64,000 bases of DNA. It comes from an uncultured bacterium (GTDB lineage Bacteria > Patescibacteriota > Minisyncoccia > UBA6257 > GWB1-50-10). Position 1 is the stretch's first letter, and every line of letters begins with the position of its first letter. The stretch lies in the NCBI GenBank assembly GCA_963768835.1, contig CAVYJB010000001.1, positions 88,420-152,419 of the forward strand. The letters are read 5' to 3'. Both the position numbers and the translations under genes were made by a program. The notes under the pieces are model-generated. The model did no database searches. It worked only from the letters and a program-made list of their open reading frames with translations, and was not told the origin of the DNA. Positions 31,026 to 40,454 of the stretch are shown here, piece after piece.

Positions 31026-31372
31026 GCTCCATGAGCACGTGCTTCGGCAGCCGCGAGGTCCAGTCTGAACTCAAGTGTCTCTCGATCGATACTTTCAAGC
31101 AAGTCTTCCAGCCGAGCGTTGTAAGCGTTCAGCCATGCCGCATAGAAACTATCCTCTGCTGCCACCCTGAGACCACCTTCTAAATATAAACGCCCGCGCT
31201 TCAAATCCATCTCCACCTGGCCTTCCGGAGACGCGACGTCCGCCATCTCCCGCTCATTCCACTCCGAGAGCAGCTGCTGGGTTTCCGGGTCCTCGATCCC
31301 TTTCGCACGTAACATTCCCACGACACGTTGCCGCAGCTCTTGACTCTCCGGTGATGGGAATTGTTCCGTCAT
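31022..31372 (-). CDS. hypothetical acidic protein in the rimM position
   Basis: 116-aa ORF between trmD and KH-domain gene; no PRC-barrel similarity noted. Confidence 0.35.
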   Translation of the reverse strand: MTEQFPSPESQELRQRVVGMLRAKGIEDPETQQLLSEWNEREMADVASPEGQVEMDLKRGRLYLEGGLRVAAEDSFYAAWLNAYNARLEDLLESIDRETLEFRLDLAAAEARAHGA

Positions 31373-31462
31373 ACCACGATTGTACCGCGGTGTATCTACC
31401 GCGTAAACCGCCGAAACAAAACCCCGCCTTCAAAGGCGGGGTTACACACGATAAGTGAAAAG

Positions 31463-31756
31463 TTATCCCTCCGCGCCTTCCCGCGGCACATGAGGTGCTC
31501 GGAGCGAGCCCTCCGGCTCTTCGATCTTCAGGTTCACACGCGCGTTATTCTTAACGCCCACGATGCGGAGCAAGGTCCGAATCGCCTTCGCGGTAGAACC
31601 TTGACGACCGACCACCTGACCCATGTCCTGCTGGTTGACCTTGAGAGATAAGAGGACGCCCATCTCATCCACCTTCCGGTCGACCTTCACGTCGTCAGGA
31701 TGGTCCACGATGGACTTCACGAGGTATTCCAGGAACTCCTGATCGGTTTTCGTCAT
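31463..31756 (-). CDS. KH-domain RNA-binding protein (YlqC-like)
   Basis: KH motif VGRQGSTAKAIRTLLRIVG; located between rpsP and trmD as in many bacteria. Confidence 0.7.
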   Translation of the reverse strand: MTKTDQEFLEYLVKSIVDHPDDVKVDRKVDEMGVLLSLKVNQQDMGQVVGRQGSTAKAIRTLLRIVGVKNNARVNLKIEEPEGSLRAPHVPREGAEG

Positions 31757-31864
31757 ACTGGGTTGCTATCGGTTCTTCACTTCGACCTTTTCACTCTCGT
31801 GTCCGAATTCTTTCAAAGTTGGTTTGCGTGATATCGGTTCCCCCCGCACGCGCACAAGAACGCG

Positions 31865-32203
31865 CTACGCCGTCGGGGCCGCCGCCGCAGGCGAGGCAGA
31901 TGCCGCTGCTGCTGCCTCCTTCTCTTTCTCCGTCACCTTCTTTTTCTTATGTACGGCAATCTTAGCTCCTTTCACCACGCCCGAGCGGACGAGAAGGTTC
32001 CAAGCCGTTTCGGTCGGCTTCGCACCCACCTTCACCCAGTGGGCAGCGCGCTCTTTGTCGATCAGAAAAGCATCTGTGTGGGGGTTGAACCATCCGATAT
32101 CCTCCGTGACACGCCCCTGCAGCTTGGAACGCTTCTCCGCCACGACGATCCGGAAGGATGCCTGGCGTTTCTTGCCAACCCGCTTGAATTTAATAGCTAG
32201 CAT
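31865..32203 (-). CDS. rpsP: 30S ribosomal protein S16
   Basis: MLAIKFKRVGKKRQASFRIVVAEKRSKLQGR...GWFNPHTD typical S16; Lys/Ala-rich tail. Confidence 0.85.
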   Translation of the reverse strand: MLAIKFKRVGKKRQASFRIVVAEKRSKLQGRVTEDIGWFNPHTDAFLIDKERAAHWVKVGAKPTETAWNLLVRSGVVKGAKIAVHKKKKVTEKEKEAAAAASASPAAAAPTA

Positions 32204-32256
32204 GTAGCTCCTAGATTACTGAATATCGGGGGAAAATGCAAGACCTGCCTTGCGCG

Positions 32257-34422
32257 CTAGGCCTCGAGTTTCAGGGAAAGCACCTTGGAAACGCCGTCGT
32301 CCCCCATCGTGACACCGTAAAGAATATCAGCCGCCTCCATCGTGGAACGGTTATGGGTTACGATGATAAACTGCGATTTCCCCGAGAATTCTTTGATAAG
32401 CTCGGCAAACCGTCGGGCGTTCTCCTCGTCGAGAGCCGCGTCGATCTCGTCCAGAACCAAGAAAGGCGGTGGTGAGACGCTGATAAGGGCAAAGAGCGCT
32501 GCGAGGGAAACCAGGCTCTTCTCGCCACCCGAAAGCATCTCAAGAGATGTTATTTTCTTCTTCGGAAGCGAGAGTTCCACTTCTACGCCTGCGTCGAGCT
32601 CTGGGTCACGTTTCTCCTCAGGTTCCGTAGGTGCGGGAGTCGTTTCCTCGCCCGCTTCGGCCGTGACCTCCACCGGCGCCGGCGGTTCATACTTTGTAAG
32701 TTTTAGGTGGGCCCGTCCCCCGCTGAACATAAGCCGGAAGTACTTATTGAATTCCTCATTCACGGCCCGAAAAGCGCTCTTGAATTCGCCGTGGATGCGG
32801 ACCTCGAGATCGCGGATAAGAGTTCTCAGATCCGCCGCGGCTTTTGTAAGATCCTCGAACTCGCGGTGCAGGAATTCGTAACGCTCCTCGCTCTCCCGGG
32901 CTTCCTTCACGAGGTTCTCGTCGATCTCACCAATGGCCGCCATTTCGCCCCGGAGACGCAGCATCCGGCGCTCGCTGTCCTCGTCCGGAGGTTCGGTCGG
33001 CGCGGGGAGTTCCTCAAGCTCGGAAAGCGACCGACCAATACTCTGCCACTCCCGTTTGACCTCTTGAAGACGGAGTTCCACCTTCTCGCGTTCAAACGCG
33101 AACGTACGAATCTGGTCATGAAGCGCGCGGAGCTCGTTTTTCTTGGCCTCAAGACGTTCCACATCACTCCGAAAAGCCTGGTTCAACTTCTGCTGCTCTG
33201 CGGCGACGTTCTCCTCTTTCTTCTGAAGCTCGCGGATACCGTTGTCGACGGCAGCAAGCGCCTTACGAAGTTCCTCCCGCTCTTTCTCGAGTCCTTCGAC
33301 CGAGTTTGAACGCGGTTTGCTTTCAAAGCGCGCAAGTTTCTTCTGCCAACCTTCAAGTTCACGCTTCACGTGCACAAGGTCCTCCGAAGTGAGGAGTCCG
33401 GCAACTTCCCGCGCAAGGTCCCGAAGTAGGGACTCCATCTCAGCGATAGAATGCCTCTCGGTCGTCTCCGGCGTGAGCCCGAGCTCGATACGCGCCTCGA
33501 TGCGCGCAAGCGCCTTCTCTGCCTCGCCGCGCCGCACTAGGGCCTCCGAGAGTTCCGCCCTAATCTTTCGGGTACCAGCTCCGTCGTCGGGCGAACGGTA
33601 GGTGCGGTCAAGTTCCTTCTCAAGCTTCGCAATCTCATCTTCCAGGACATGGATCTTCCCTGTCACCTCGCCGGAAGGTTCCGAGAGCTTTTGGAGCTCC
33701 GCCTTGAGCGCACGTTCACGGTACACGTATGTGCGGTTCTCGAGGTCTCGCAAGGTTGTTTCGATCTCTGTGCGGCGCTCGAAGCGCCCCTTCTGTCGTC
33801 GGAGGAACCGAAGGTGCGGTGCAAGCTCATCGAGCATCGCCTTCACCTTCTCGAGGTTCCCTTCGCTTGACGCAAGTTGCCGTTCGGACTGAGCCTTCTT
33901 CAGACGATACTCACGGAGTCCTAGGATTTCCTCCACCATCGCGCGGCGCTCCTGCGGAGAACTGCGGACAAAAAGATCGCTCTGCCCCTGGCCTACCATC
34001 ATGAGGCCGCGGCTTCCCATGCGCGCGCGCGCGAGCATCGGAACCAGATCACGAAGGCGCACTTCGCTGTCATGCAAGAAGTACTGAGAAACTCCCGAAC
34101 GGTCCACTTTCCGTTCCAGTGCGACTTCCTCGGTCGCGAGCGGGAAGATGCGCGAACGGTTGTCAAAATGGAGCGAGACTTTCGCCAGGCTCACCGCCGG
34201 ACGCTTCGGAGTCCCGGCGAAAATGAGGGTATCGAGCGTCTCACCCCGAAGCTGCTTAGCTTCGCGTTCGCCCAGAACCCAACGAAAAGCGTCGATAATG
34301 TTCGATTTCCCGGAACCGTTCGGTCCCACAACAGCCGTGACCCGCGCAGGAAAATCCAGCACGGTCTTCGCCGCGAAAGATTTAAACCCCTGGAGCTCGA
34401 TGCGTTTTAGAAATGTCTCCAT
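32257..34422 (-). CDS. smc: SMC-family chromosome segregation ATPase, short hinge-less form (721 aa)
   Basis: SMC N-terminal head IELQGFKSFA...VVGPNGSGKSNIIDAFRWVLGE; C-terminal LSGGEKSLVSLAALFALI...LVLDEIDAALDEEN; central 400 aa all coiled coil, no glycine-rich hinge. Confidence 0.7.
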   Translation of the reverse strand: METFLKRIELQGFKSFAAKTVLDFPARVTAVVGPNGSGKSNIIDAFRWVLGEREAKQLRGETLDTLIFAGTPKRPAVSLAKVSLHFDNRSRIFPLATEEVALERKVDRSGVSQYFLHDSEVRLRDLVPMLARARMGSRGLMMVGQGQSDLFVRSSPQERRAMVEEILGLREYRLKKAQSERQLASSEGNLEKVKAMLDELAPHLRFLRRQKGRFERRTEIETTLRDLENRTYVYRERALKAELQKLSEPSGEVTGKIHVLEDEIAKLEKELDRTYRSPDDGAGTRKIRAELSEALVRRGEAEKALARIEARIELGLTPETTERHSIAEMESLLRDLAREVAGLLTSEDLVHVKRELEGWQKKLARFESKPRSNSVEGLEKEREELRKALAAVDNGIRELQKKEENVAAEQQKLNQAFRSDVERLEAKKNELRALHDQIRTFAFEREKVELRLQEVKREWQSIGRSLSELEELPAPTEPPDEDSERRMLRLRGEMAAIGEIDENLVKEARESEERYEFLHREFEDLTKAAADLRTLIRDLEVRIHGEFKSAFRAVNEEFNKYFRLMFSGGRAHLKLTKYEPPAPVEVTAEAGEETTPAPTEPEEKRDPELDAGVEVELSLPKKKITSLEMLSGGEKSLVSLAALFALISVSPPPFLVLDEIDAALDEENARRFAELIKEFSGKSQFIIVTHNRSTMEAADILYGVTMGDDGVSKVLSLKLEA

Positions 34423-34427
34423 GAAAG

Positions 34428-35138
34428 CTATTCCTCGTGCACGTGCTGTTCGTCTTTCAACTTTACGAGCGCCTCCTCGGCCGCGTGAATCTCGGCCTCC
34501 TGCTTCGAAGCGCCGTCCCCTTCTGCGATCATGCGCTCGGCGAAGAATACACCCATCTTGAAGTGCTTCTCGTGGTCCGGCCCTTCGGCGCCCAGAACAC
34601 GGTAGGTCGGCGTCACCTTGAACTCGTCCTGCGCGAGCTCCTGGAGGAGACTCTTAGGGTCCCGATAGAGGCCCTTCTCGAGAACCTCCGGAAGGTGGCG
34701 GAGCACGAAGCGATCCACGAGCTTGCTCGCGGCCTCGTACCCCTGATCTAGATAGACCGCTCCGATGACCGCTTCCATCGCGTTCGCAAGAATGACCTCG
34801 CGCGCCTTTCCTTGGCTCCGTGCTTCCCCGCGGGAGAGAAAAAGGAATTGTTCCAGATCCAACTCGCGCGCGACGCGCCCGATCATCTGATAGTTCACAA
34901 GCGCGGCGCGCAGACTAGTAAGCGTCCCCTCCTGCGCTTCGGGATGCGCCTCGAAAAGACGTTCCGTGACCGTGAGTTCGAGAACTGCGTCGCCTAAATA
35001 CTCGAGGCGCTCGTTCTGCGGCAACGGCCAGTCGGGGTGCTCGTTCAGGTAGGAACGATGCGTCAGCGCTTCCTTAAGGAGCGCTATATTCTTGAAATCC
35101 ACGTTCAGGTTGTTTTCTAGGTCTTCGATGCGCGCCAT
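34428..35138 (-). CDS. rnc: ribonuclease III
   Basis: Signature ERLEYLGDAVLELTVTERLF, C-terminal dsRBD. Confidence 0.85.
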   Translation of the reverse strand: MARIEDLENNLNVDFKNIALLKEALTHRSYLNEHPDWPLPQNERLEYLGDAVLELTVTERLFEAHPEAQEGTLTSLRAALVNYQMIGRVARELDLEQFLFLSRGEARSQGKAREVILANAMEAVIGAVYLDQGYEAASKLVDRFVLRHLPEVLEKGLYRDPKSLLQELAQDEFKVTPTYRVLGAEGPDHEKHFKMGVFFAERMIAEGDGASKQEAEIHAAEEALVKLKDEQHVHEE

Positions 35139-35177
35139 TGTAGTGCTGCACCGAGGCCACCAATCAAGGTCCGGCGG

Positions 35178-35645
35178 TCAGGCCGCGGGCTTCGGATCTT
35201 GATTGCCGGTCTCTGCGCTCTTCGACTGTGTTTCCAGCTCTCGATAAACGGTTCCCAGAACTCCGTTCACGAACTTGGGCGAATTGATGCCTCCGTAGCT
35301 CTTCGCGATCTCGATAGCCTCGTTGATAGCCACCTTCGGTGGCACCTCGCTACGGTCGGCATAGAGAAGCTCGTAGAGACCAATGCGAAGGACGTTCCTA
35401 TCGATGATGGCGATCTGTTCCAAGGGCCACTCGGGCGCCGCGCGTACGATGATGGCGTCGATCTCCTTCAGATGCTCAACGATGCCCTTCACGATACGCC
35501 ACACGAACTCCGGCTCGTCGATGCCGGGGCCGAACTCCGCCATATTGCGTTCCACAACAGACGGGAGATCGTTCGCGTGCTTATAGAAGTCCCACTCGTA
35601 CAGGGACTGGAGAACGATCGTGCGGGCCAGATGTCGAGTTGCCAT
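35178..35645 (-). CDS. nusB: transcription antitermination factor NusB
   Basis: RHLARTIVLQSLYEWDF N-terminus and NusB helical fold-like sequence. Confidence 0.75.
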   Translation of the reverse strand: MATRHLARTIVLQSLYEWDFYKHANDLPSVVERNMAEFGPGIDEPEFVWRIVKGIVEHLKEIDAIIVRAAPEWPLEQIAIIDRNVLRIGLYELLYADRSEVPPKVAINEAIEIAKSYGGINSPKFVNGVLGTVYRELETQSKSAETGNQDPKPAA

Positions 35646-35846
35646 TGAAACGCCGAAGCCGAACTAGGGAGTCGCGTGCGCCGCGCTCCGTGCTTTCCGC
35701 TTGGGATACGCGCCACACTGAGGACATGCGCGGTGTGGCATCGTTGGGCCGCCGCAGACCGCACAAACTGTAAGGGTTCGCTTCTTGAGAGCCAACTGGG
35801 AACGCCGCCGACCCACTTTTGATTTGGAGTGATGGCGTAAGTCGTG

Positions 35847-36536
35847 TCATGGTCGTTTGGGACGAGAGACCGTACCTCTCACAGGGCGTATCTCTCTACC
35901 TTTTTTGAGTGTACCGTAGCCCCGAAGGAAGGTCAACCGATGCGCACGCGAGTAACCGTGGCGCCGGAGCGCCGCGAGGTGCGAGCGCGTGCCGTAGCCT
36001 TTATGGGCCGCAAACCCATAGCGGGGGTCCCGCCGATCGAGACGAAGGAGTAGGTGGTCTCGGCGCACCTTGGCGACGATGGACGCAAGAGCGATAGCCG
36101 GTATCCGTTCGTCACCCCGGATAAGCGTGAGCGGTTGACGGCGGTTCCCTACCACCTTGAGCGCCCGGGCTGACACAAAAAGACCACCATCCAGGAGAAT
36201 CTGCGCATTTTTGGCCTCCATAGGCCGTTCCTGGGAGAGCCGGACAAGAGCTCGGCTTGCGGCCCGGTTTGCCGCACGAGTAATGGAGGTCCGATCTACG
36301 GTCGCGGGACCAGCAGAAGCTACTGCAAAGGGAATATGGGCTTCACGAACGTGAGTGTACCATCGTTCCCGCGCTACAGGCGAAAGCTTTTTGGAATCCC
36401 GGAGAACCCCGAGTCTTCCAAAACTCCGAAAATGGATCCGGGCGGGAAGAAGGAGCGCGCAAACCGTCACGGGCCCCGCGAGGGGACCCCGCCCGACCTC
36501 ATCGATGCCGATACGGTATATTATGCGATGCCCCAT
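35847..36536 (-). CDS. rnhB: ribonuclease HII
   Basis: IGIDEVGRGPLAGPVTVCALLLP catalytic motif; basic C-terminal extension. Confidence 0.8.
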   Translation of the reverse strand: MGHRIIYRIGIDEVGRGPLAGPVTVCALLLPARIHFRSFGRLGVLRDSKKLSPVARERWYTHVREAHIPFAVASAGPATVDRTSITRAANRAASRALVRLSQERPMEAKNAQILLDGGLFVSARALKVVGNRRQPLTLIRGDERIPAIALASIVAKVRRDHLLLRLDRRDPRYGFAAHKGYGTRSHLAALRRHGYSRAHRLTFLRGYGTLKKGREIRPVRGTVSRPKRP

Positions 36537-36680
36537 CGTGCCAAGACTTAGTTTCCATTCCAGAATAGCCTACCAAGAGGTAGGCGTCCACGAGTCCCTC
36601 CACTTTCTATACACTGGAAGCGTTATTGTCCACTATGCCGCAAGGGCGAAGGCCTCTACAATTAGGAACGTACCACCCCC

Positions 36681-39600
36681 ATGGAAAAGTTCGTCCACCT
36701 TCACGTCCACTCGCACTACTCGCTCCTCGATGGACTCGCGAAGATTGACGATCTTGTGAATGCGGCGAAGGAAATGGAGATGGACGCGCTCGCCCTAACC
36801 GATCACGGCAATCTCTACGGGGCAATCGAATTCTACAAGAAGGCAAAAGCGGCGGGCGTGAAACCGATCTTGGGCGTCGAAGCGTATGTCGCGCCCAACG
36901 GACTTGCATTGAAGCGGCCGAAGATGGACGAGACGCGTTACCATCTCACGCTCCTTGCAAAAAACGAGACTGGATGGAAAAATCTTCTCAAGCTTGTCAC
37001 GACGTCGTACCTCGACGGTTTCTATTACAAACCTCGCATCGATAAAGAGCTCCTCGCTGCACATCACGAGGGGCTTATCTGTCTCTCGGGATGCTTTTCA
37101 GGCGAGCTTGCGAAACTCGTCACCGCAAAACGGATGGAAGAAGCCGAAGCGCTCGTCCGCTGGTACCGCAACACTTTCGGCGACGACTTCTACATCGAAG
37201 TTCAGCCGCACATGTACCAGCCGACAATGCCGCTAACTGAAGCGCCACTCGTCGCGCTCGCGCACAAGATGGGAGTCCCGCTTGTTGCAACGCAAGACGC
37301 ACATTATGTACACCGGGAAGACAAGACCGCACACGAGATTCTCCTCGCCGTGCAAACAAACTCTAAACTCGACGACGAGGACCGTTTGAGTCTTCGGAAC
37401 TTCGACATTTCCCTCCGATCTCCAGCAGAGATGATGGAACTTTTTAAGGAACTCCCAGCCGCCATCGAAAACACAGTTGCCATCGCCGAGAAGTGCAATG
37501 TCACGATTGAACTTGGGAAGACAAAACTCCCCAAGTTTAATTTGCCAGAAGGTGAAACGTCCGCGAACGCGTATCTTTCGAAGCTTGTCGATGAACGCCT
37601 CCCCGCGCGCTATTCCGAACCCTCCCACGCCGTCACCGAACGAGTGGCGTATGAACTCTCGGTCATCGAGAAAACCGGTTTCGCGGATTACTTCCTCATC
37701 GTCCAGGATTTCATCCGCTGGGCACGGGCCCACGGCATCGTTGTAGGGCCGGGCCGGGGCTCAGCCGCCGGCAGCATCATCTCCTACATCCTTGGTATCA
37801 CCAACATTGATCCTTTGAAATACGACCTGCTGTTTGAGCGATTCCTAAACCCCGACCGCATCCAGGTCCCGGACATCGATATCGACTTTACCGATACCCG
37901 CCGCGACGAGGTGGTTTCCTATGTCCGCGAACGGTATGGAGCCGATCGGGTCGCTCAAATCATCACGTTCGGGACTATGCTCGCCCGCGCTGCCATCCGC
38001 GATGCTGGCCGCGCGCTCGGCCTCCCCTACGGCTTCTGTGATACCCTGGCAAAGCTTATTCCTGGGATGCCCCTCCACACGACCATCGACCAAGCGCTCG
38101 ACGCCGTCCCGGAGCTTAAAACTAAATATGCGACCGAACCGGACGCGAAGAAGGTCATTGACGCCGCGCGCAAACTCGAAGGAGTCGCTCGGCATGCCTC
38201 GGTCCATGCCTGCGGGGTCGTCATTTCCGCCGAGCCACTAACAAACTTCGTCCCGCTTCAACGCGCTCCCCAAGGGGACGACACCGTCATCACGCAGTTC
38301 GAGATGCACTCCGTCGAGGACCTCGGGCTCCTCAAAATGGACTTCCTGGGTTTAAAGAACCTGACCATCATTGAAAAGACACTCCGCCTCGTGAAGGAGA
38401 CACGCGGCGTGGACATCAACCTCGACACGCTTCCTTTGGACGATTCGGTAACCTTCAAACTTTTCCAGAGCGGCGAAACAACCGGCATTTTCCAATTCGA
38501 ATCTTCCGGCATGCGCCACTATCTAAAAGAGCTCAAGCCGACCTCACTTGAAGACATCATCGCGATGGGCGCGCTTTATCGACCAGGACCGATGGAACTT
38601 ATCCCGCACTACATCAAGCGCAAATTCAAAAAGGAACCTATCGCCTACCTCCACCCGCAGCTCGAACCCATCCTCGCTACGACCTACGGCGTGGGCGTCT
38701 ACCAAGAACAAATGATGCGCATCGCGCGCGACCTCGGCGGCTTCACACTCGCGGAGGCCGACACGCTCCGGAAGGCCATCGGGAAAAAGATAAAGAAACT
38801 CCTCGACGAGCAGCGGGAGAAGCTCATCAACGGGATGAAAGAAAAAGGTATTCCAGCGAAAACCGCTCTGGCTATCTGGGAACTCTTCCCGCCCTTTGCA
38901 CGCTACGGTTTCAACCGGAGCCACGCCGCCTGCTACGCGATAGTGAGCTACCAGACCGCTTATTTGAAATCCCACTATCCGGTGGAGTTCATGGCTTCGC
39001 TTCTGAACATCTCCGGCACCGAGATCGACCGCATCACCTTCCTCGTCGGCGACGCGAAACGGCTCGGCATCCCCGTGCTCCCACCCGACGTGAACACGAG
39101 TTTCCAGAGCTTCACGGTGGACGGTGAGAAGGTGCGCTTCGGGCTCCTCGCGGTGAAGAACCTTGGTGCAAACGTCGTGGATGCCATCATCACCGAACGG
39201 AGTAGCGGCGGGCCCTTCAGCTCGCTTTCGGACCTGCTCTCCCGCGTCCAGCATCGGGATATGAACAAGAAATCCCTGGAATCGCTCATCAAATGCGGGG
39301 CGCTCGATTCGCTCGGTGTGGAGCGCGGCCAGGCTCTGGATAACATCGACGACCTCATTAAGTTCAACCAAGCAGCGAAGCGGATGAACGGCTCGAACCA
39401 GTCCTCGCTTTTCGGCGCGGCGACGTTTGCCGCAGTTCGGATGCGGCCGGGTACGCCGGCCGACAAAGGCACGATGCTCGCTTGGGAAAAGGACCTTCTC
39501 GGCCTTTACCTTACTGATCATCCCTGGAACGCCTATATTCCGAAGGTGGCCGGCCAAGTGAAACCCCTCAAGGAGGTTCGCGCGCTTCCGGCGCCCACAA

Positions 39601-39860
39601 GCGACACCAGGAACGGCCCGCGGCTCCGCTTGGCCGGCATCATCTCAGGGATCCAGAAAATCATGACAAAGAGCGGCCAGCCGATGCTTTTTGTGACGCT
39701 CGAAGATCTGGACGACAATCTGGAAGTGCTCGTCTTCTCCGACACCTTGGCTAAGCATCCTCTCACGTGGCAGACAAACAAAGCGGTGATGATCTCGGGG
39801 CGCCTCTCCTGGCGCGACGCAGAACCAAAGCTTATCTGTGACGGTGTGAAAGAACTCTAA
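36681..39860 (+). CDS. dnaE: DNA polymerase III alpha subunit (1059 aa)
   Basis: PHP domain FVHLHVHSHYSLLDG, palm/fingers, HhH and OB regions; lacks long C-terminal tau-binding tail. Confidence 0.9.
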   Translation: MEKFVHLHVHSHYSLLDGLAKIDDLVNAAKEMEMDALALTDHGNLYGAIEFYKKAKAAGVKPILGVEAYVAPNGLALKRPKMDETRYHLTLLAKNETGWKNLLKLVTTSYLDGFYYKPRIDKELLAAHHEGLICLSGCFSGELAKLVTAKRMEEAEALVRWYRNTFGDDFYIEVQPHMYQPTMPLTEAPLVALAHKMGVPLVATQDAHYVHREDKTAHEILLAVQTNSKLDDEDRLSLRNFDISLRSPAEMMELFKELPAAIENTVAIAEKCNVTIELGKTKLPKFNLPEGETSANAYLSKLVDERLPARYSEPSHAVTERVAYELSVIEKTGFADYFLIVQDFIRWARAHGIVVGPGRGSAAGSIISYILGITNIDPLKYDLLFERFLNPDRIQVPDIDIDFTDTRRDEVVSYVRERYGADRVAQIITFGTMLARAAIRDAGRALGLPYGFCDTLAKLIPGMPLHTTIDQALDAVPELKTKYATEPDAKKVIDAARKLEGVARHASVHACGVVISAEPLTNFVPLQRAPQGDDTVITQFEMHSVEDLGLLKMDFLGLKNLTIIEKTLRLVKETRGVDINLDTLPLDDSVTFKLFQSGETTGIFQFESSGMRHYLKELKPTSLEDIIAMGALYRPGPMELIPHYIKRKFKKEPIAYLHPQLEPILATTYGVGVYQEQMMRIARDLGGFTLAEADTLRKAIGKKIKKLLDEQREKLINGMKEKGIPAKTALAIWELFPPFARYGFNRSHAACYAIVSYQTAYLKSHYPVEFMASLLNISGTEIDRITFLVGDAKRLGIPVLPPDVNTSFQSFTVDGEKVRFGLLAVKNLGANVVDAIITERSSGGPFSSLSDLLSRVQHRDMNKKSLESLIKCGALDSLGVERGQALDNIDDLIKFNQAAKRMNGSNQSSLFGAATFAAVRMRPGTPADKGTMLAWEKDLLGLYLTDHPWNAYIPKVAGQVKPLKEVRALPAPTSDTRNGPRLRLAGIISGIQKIMTKSGQPMLFVTLEDLDDNLEVLVFSDTLAKHPLTWQTNKAVMISGRLSWRDAEPKLICDGVKEL

Positions 39861-39943
39861 GGCACGGACCTCGCGTGACACGAGGAAATATAAAGGCCCC
39901 GCACATCGCGCAGGGCCCTTTTGGAGCCTACAACTCCCGCCAT

Positions 39944-40339
39944 TCACTGGTTCCAATACCGATAGCTGGCAGCGGCATACTCGGCGTCACTCGCAACTCC
40001 ATATCGGTAAATCCTTTTCACCTTGCCCACTTCCTCGTTATCGTCCAACCGCAAATAATGATCGCTCCCATATTTGAGAGGGGCATGCATTAGTACGGTC
40101 GTACCGTCATTCATAGATACCGCACACATGACCGTATCGATCTCGGCATAATCCCCGCGGTGCACCCGCTGCAGAACAGCGCGGTTCGAATCGAGAAGCA
40201 CCGCGACCGCGGAGTCCGCCGAGGGTATAGCCGTTTTGGGGTTGTTTGGAGTACTGGTAAGTATGACGAGGATAACGGCAATGATAACCACCGCTGCAAA
40301 AATTCCCATGCTTTTGGGGTGCGAACTTGGCTTTTCCAT
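39944..40339 (-). CDS. hypothetical membrane-anchored protein
   Basis: 131 aa, single N-terminal TM. Confidence 0.4.
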   Translation of the reverse strand: MEKPSSHPKSMGIFAAVVIIAVILVILTSTPNNPKTAIPSADSAVAVLLDSNRAVLQRVHRGDYAEIDTVMCAVSMNDGTTVLMHAPLKYGSDHYLRLDDNEEVGKVKRIYRYGVASDAEYAAASYRYWNQ

Positions 40340-40454
40340 CGTCTACCCTTTCTGTATTCGTGAGTTAAAGAAGGCTGATTATGTCTAACATTAAAAACGA
40401 GTAGCTGTCAATCACTTCCAAAACCGAGAAAGAGCGAGGTATAATCAAAACGCT

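Noticed and set aside
32342-34561. Several plus-strand ORFs (up to 200 aa) inside the SMC gene
   Set aside because: They are antisense to SMC and Ser/Arg-rich low-complexity translations of a coiled-coil-coding region.
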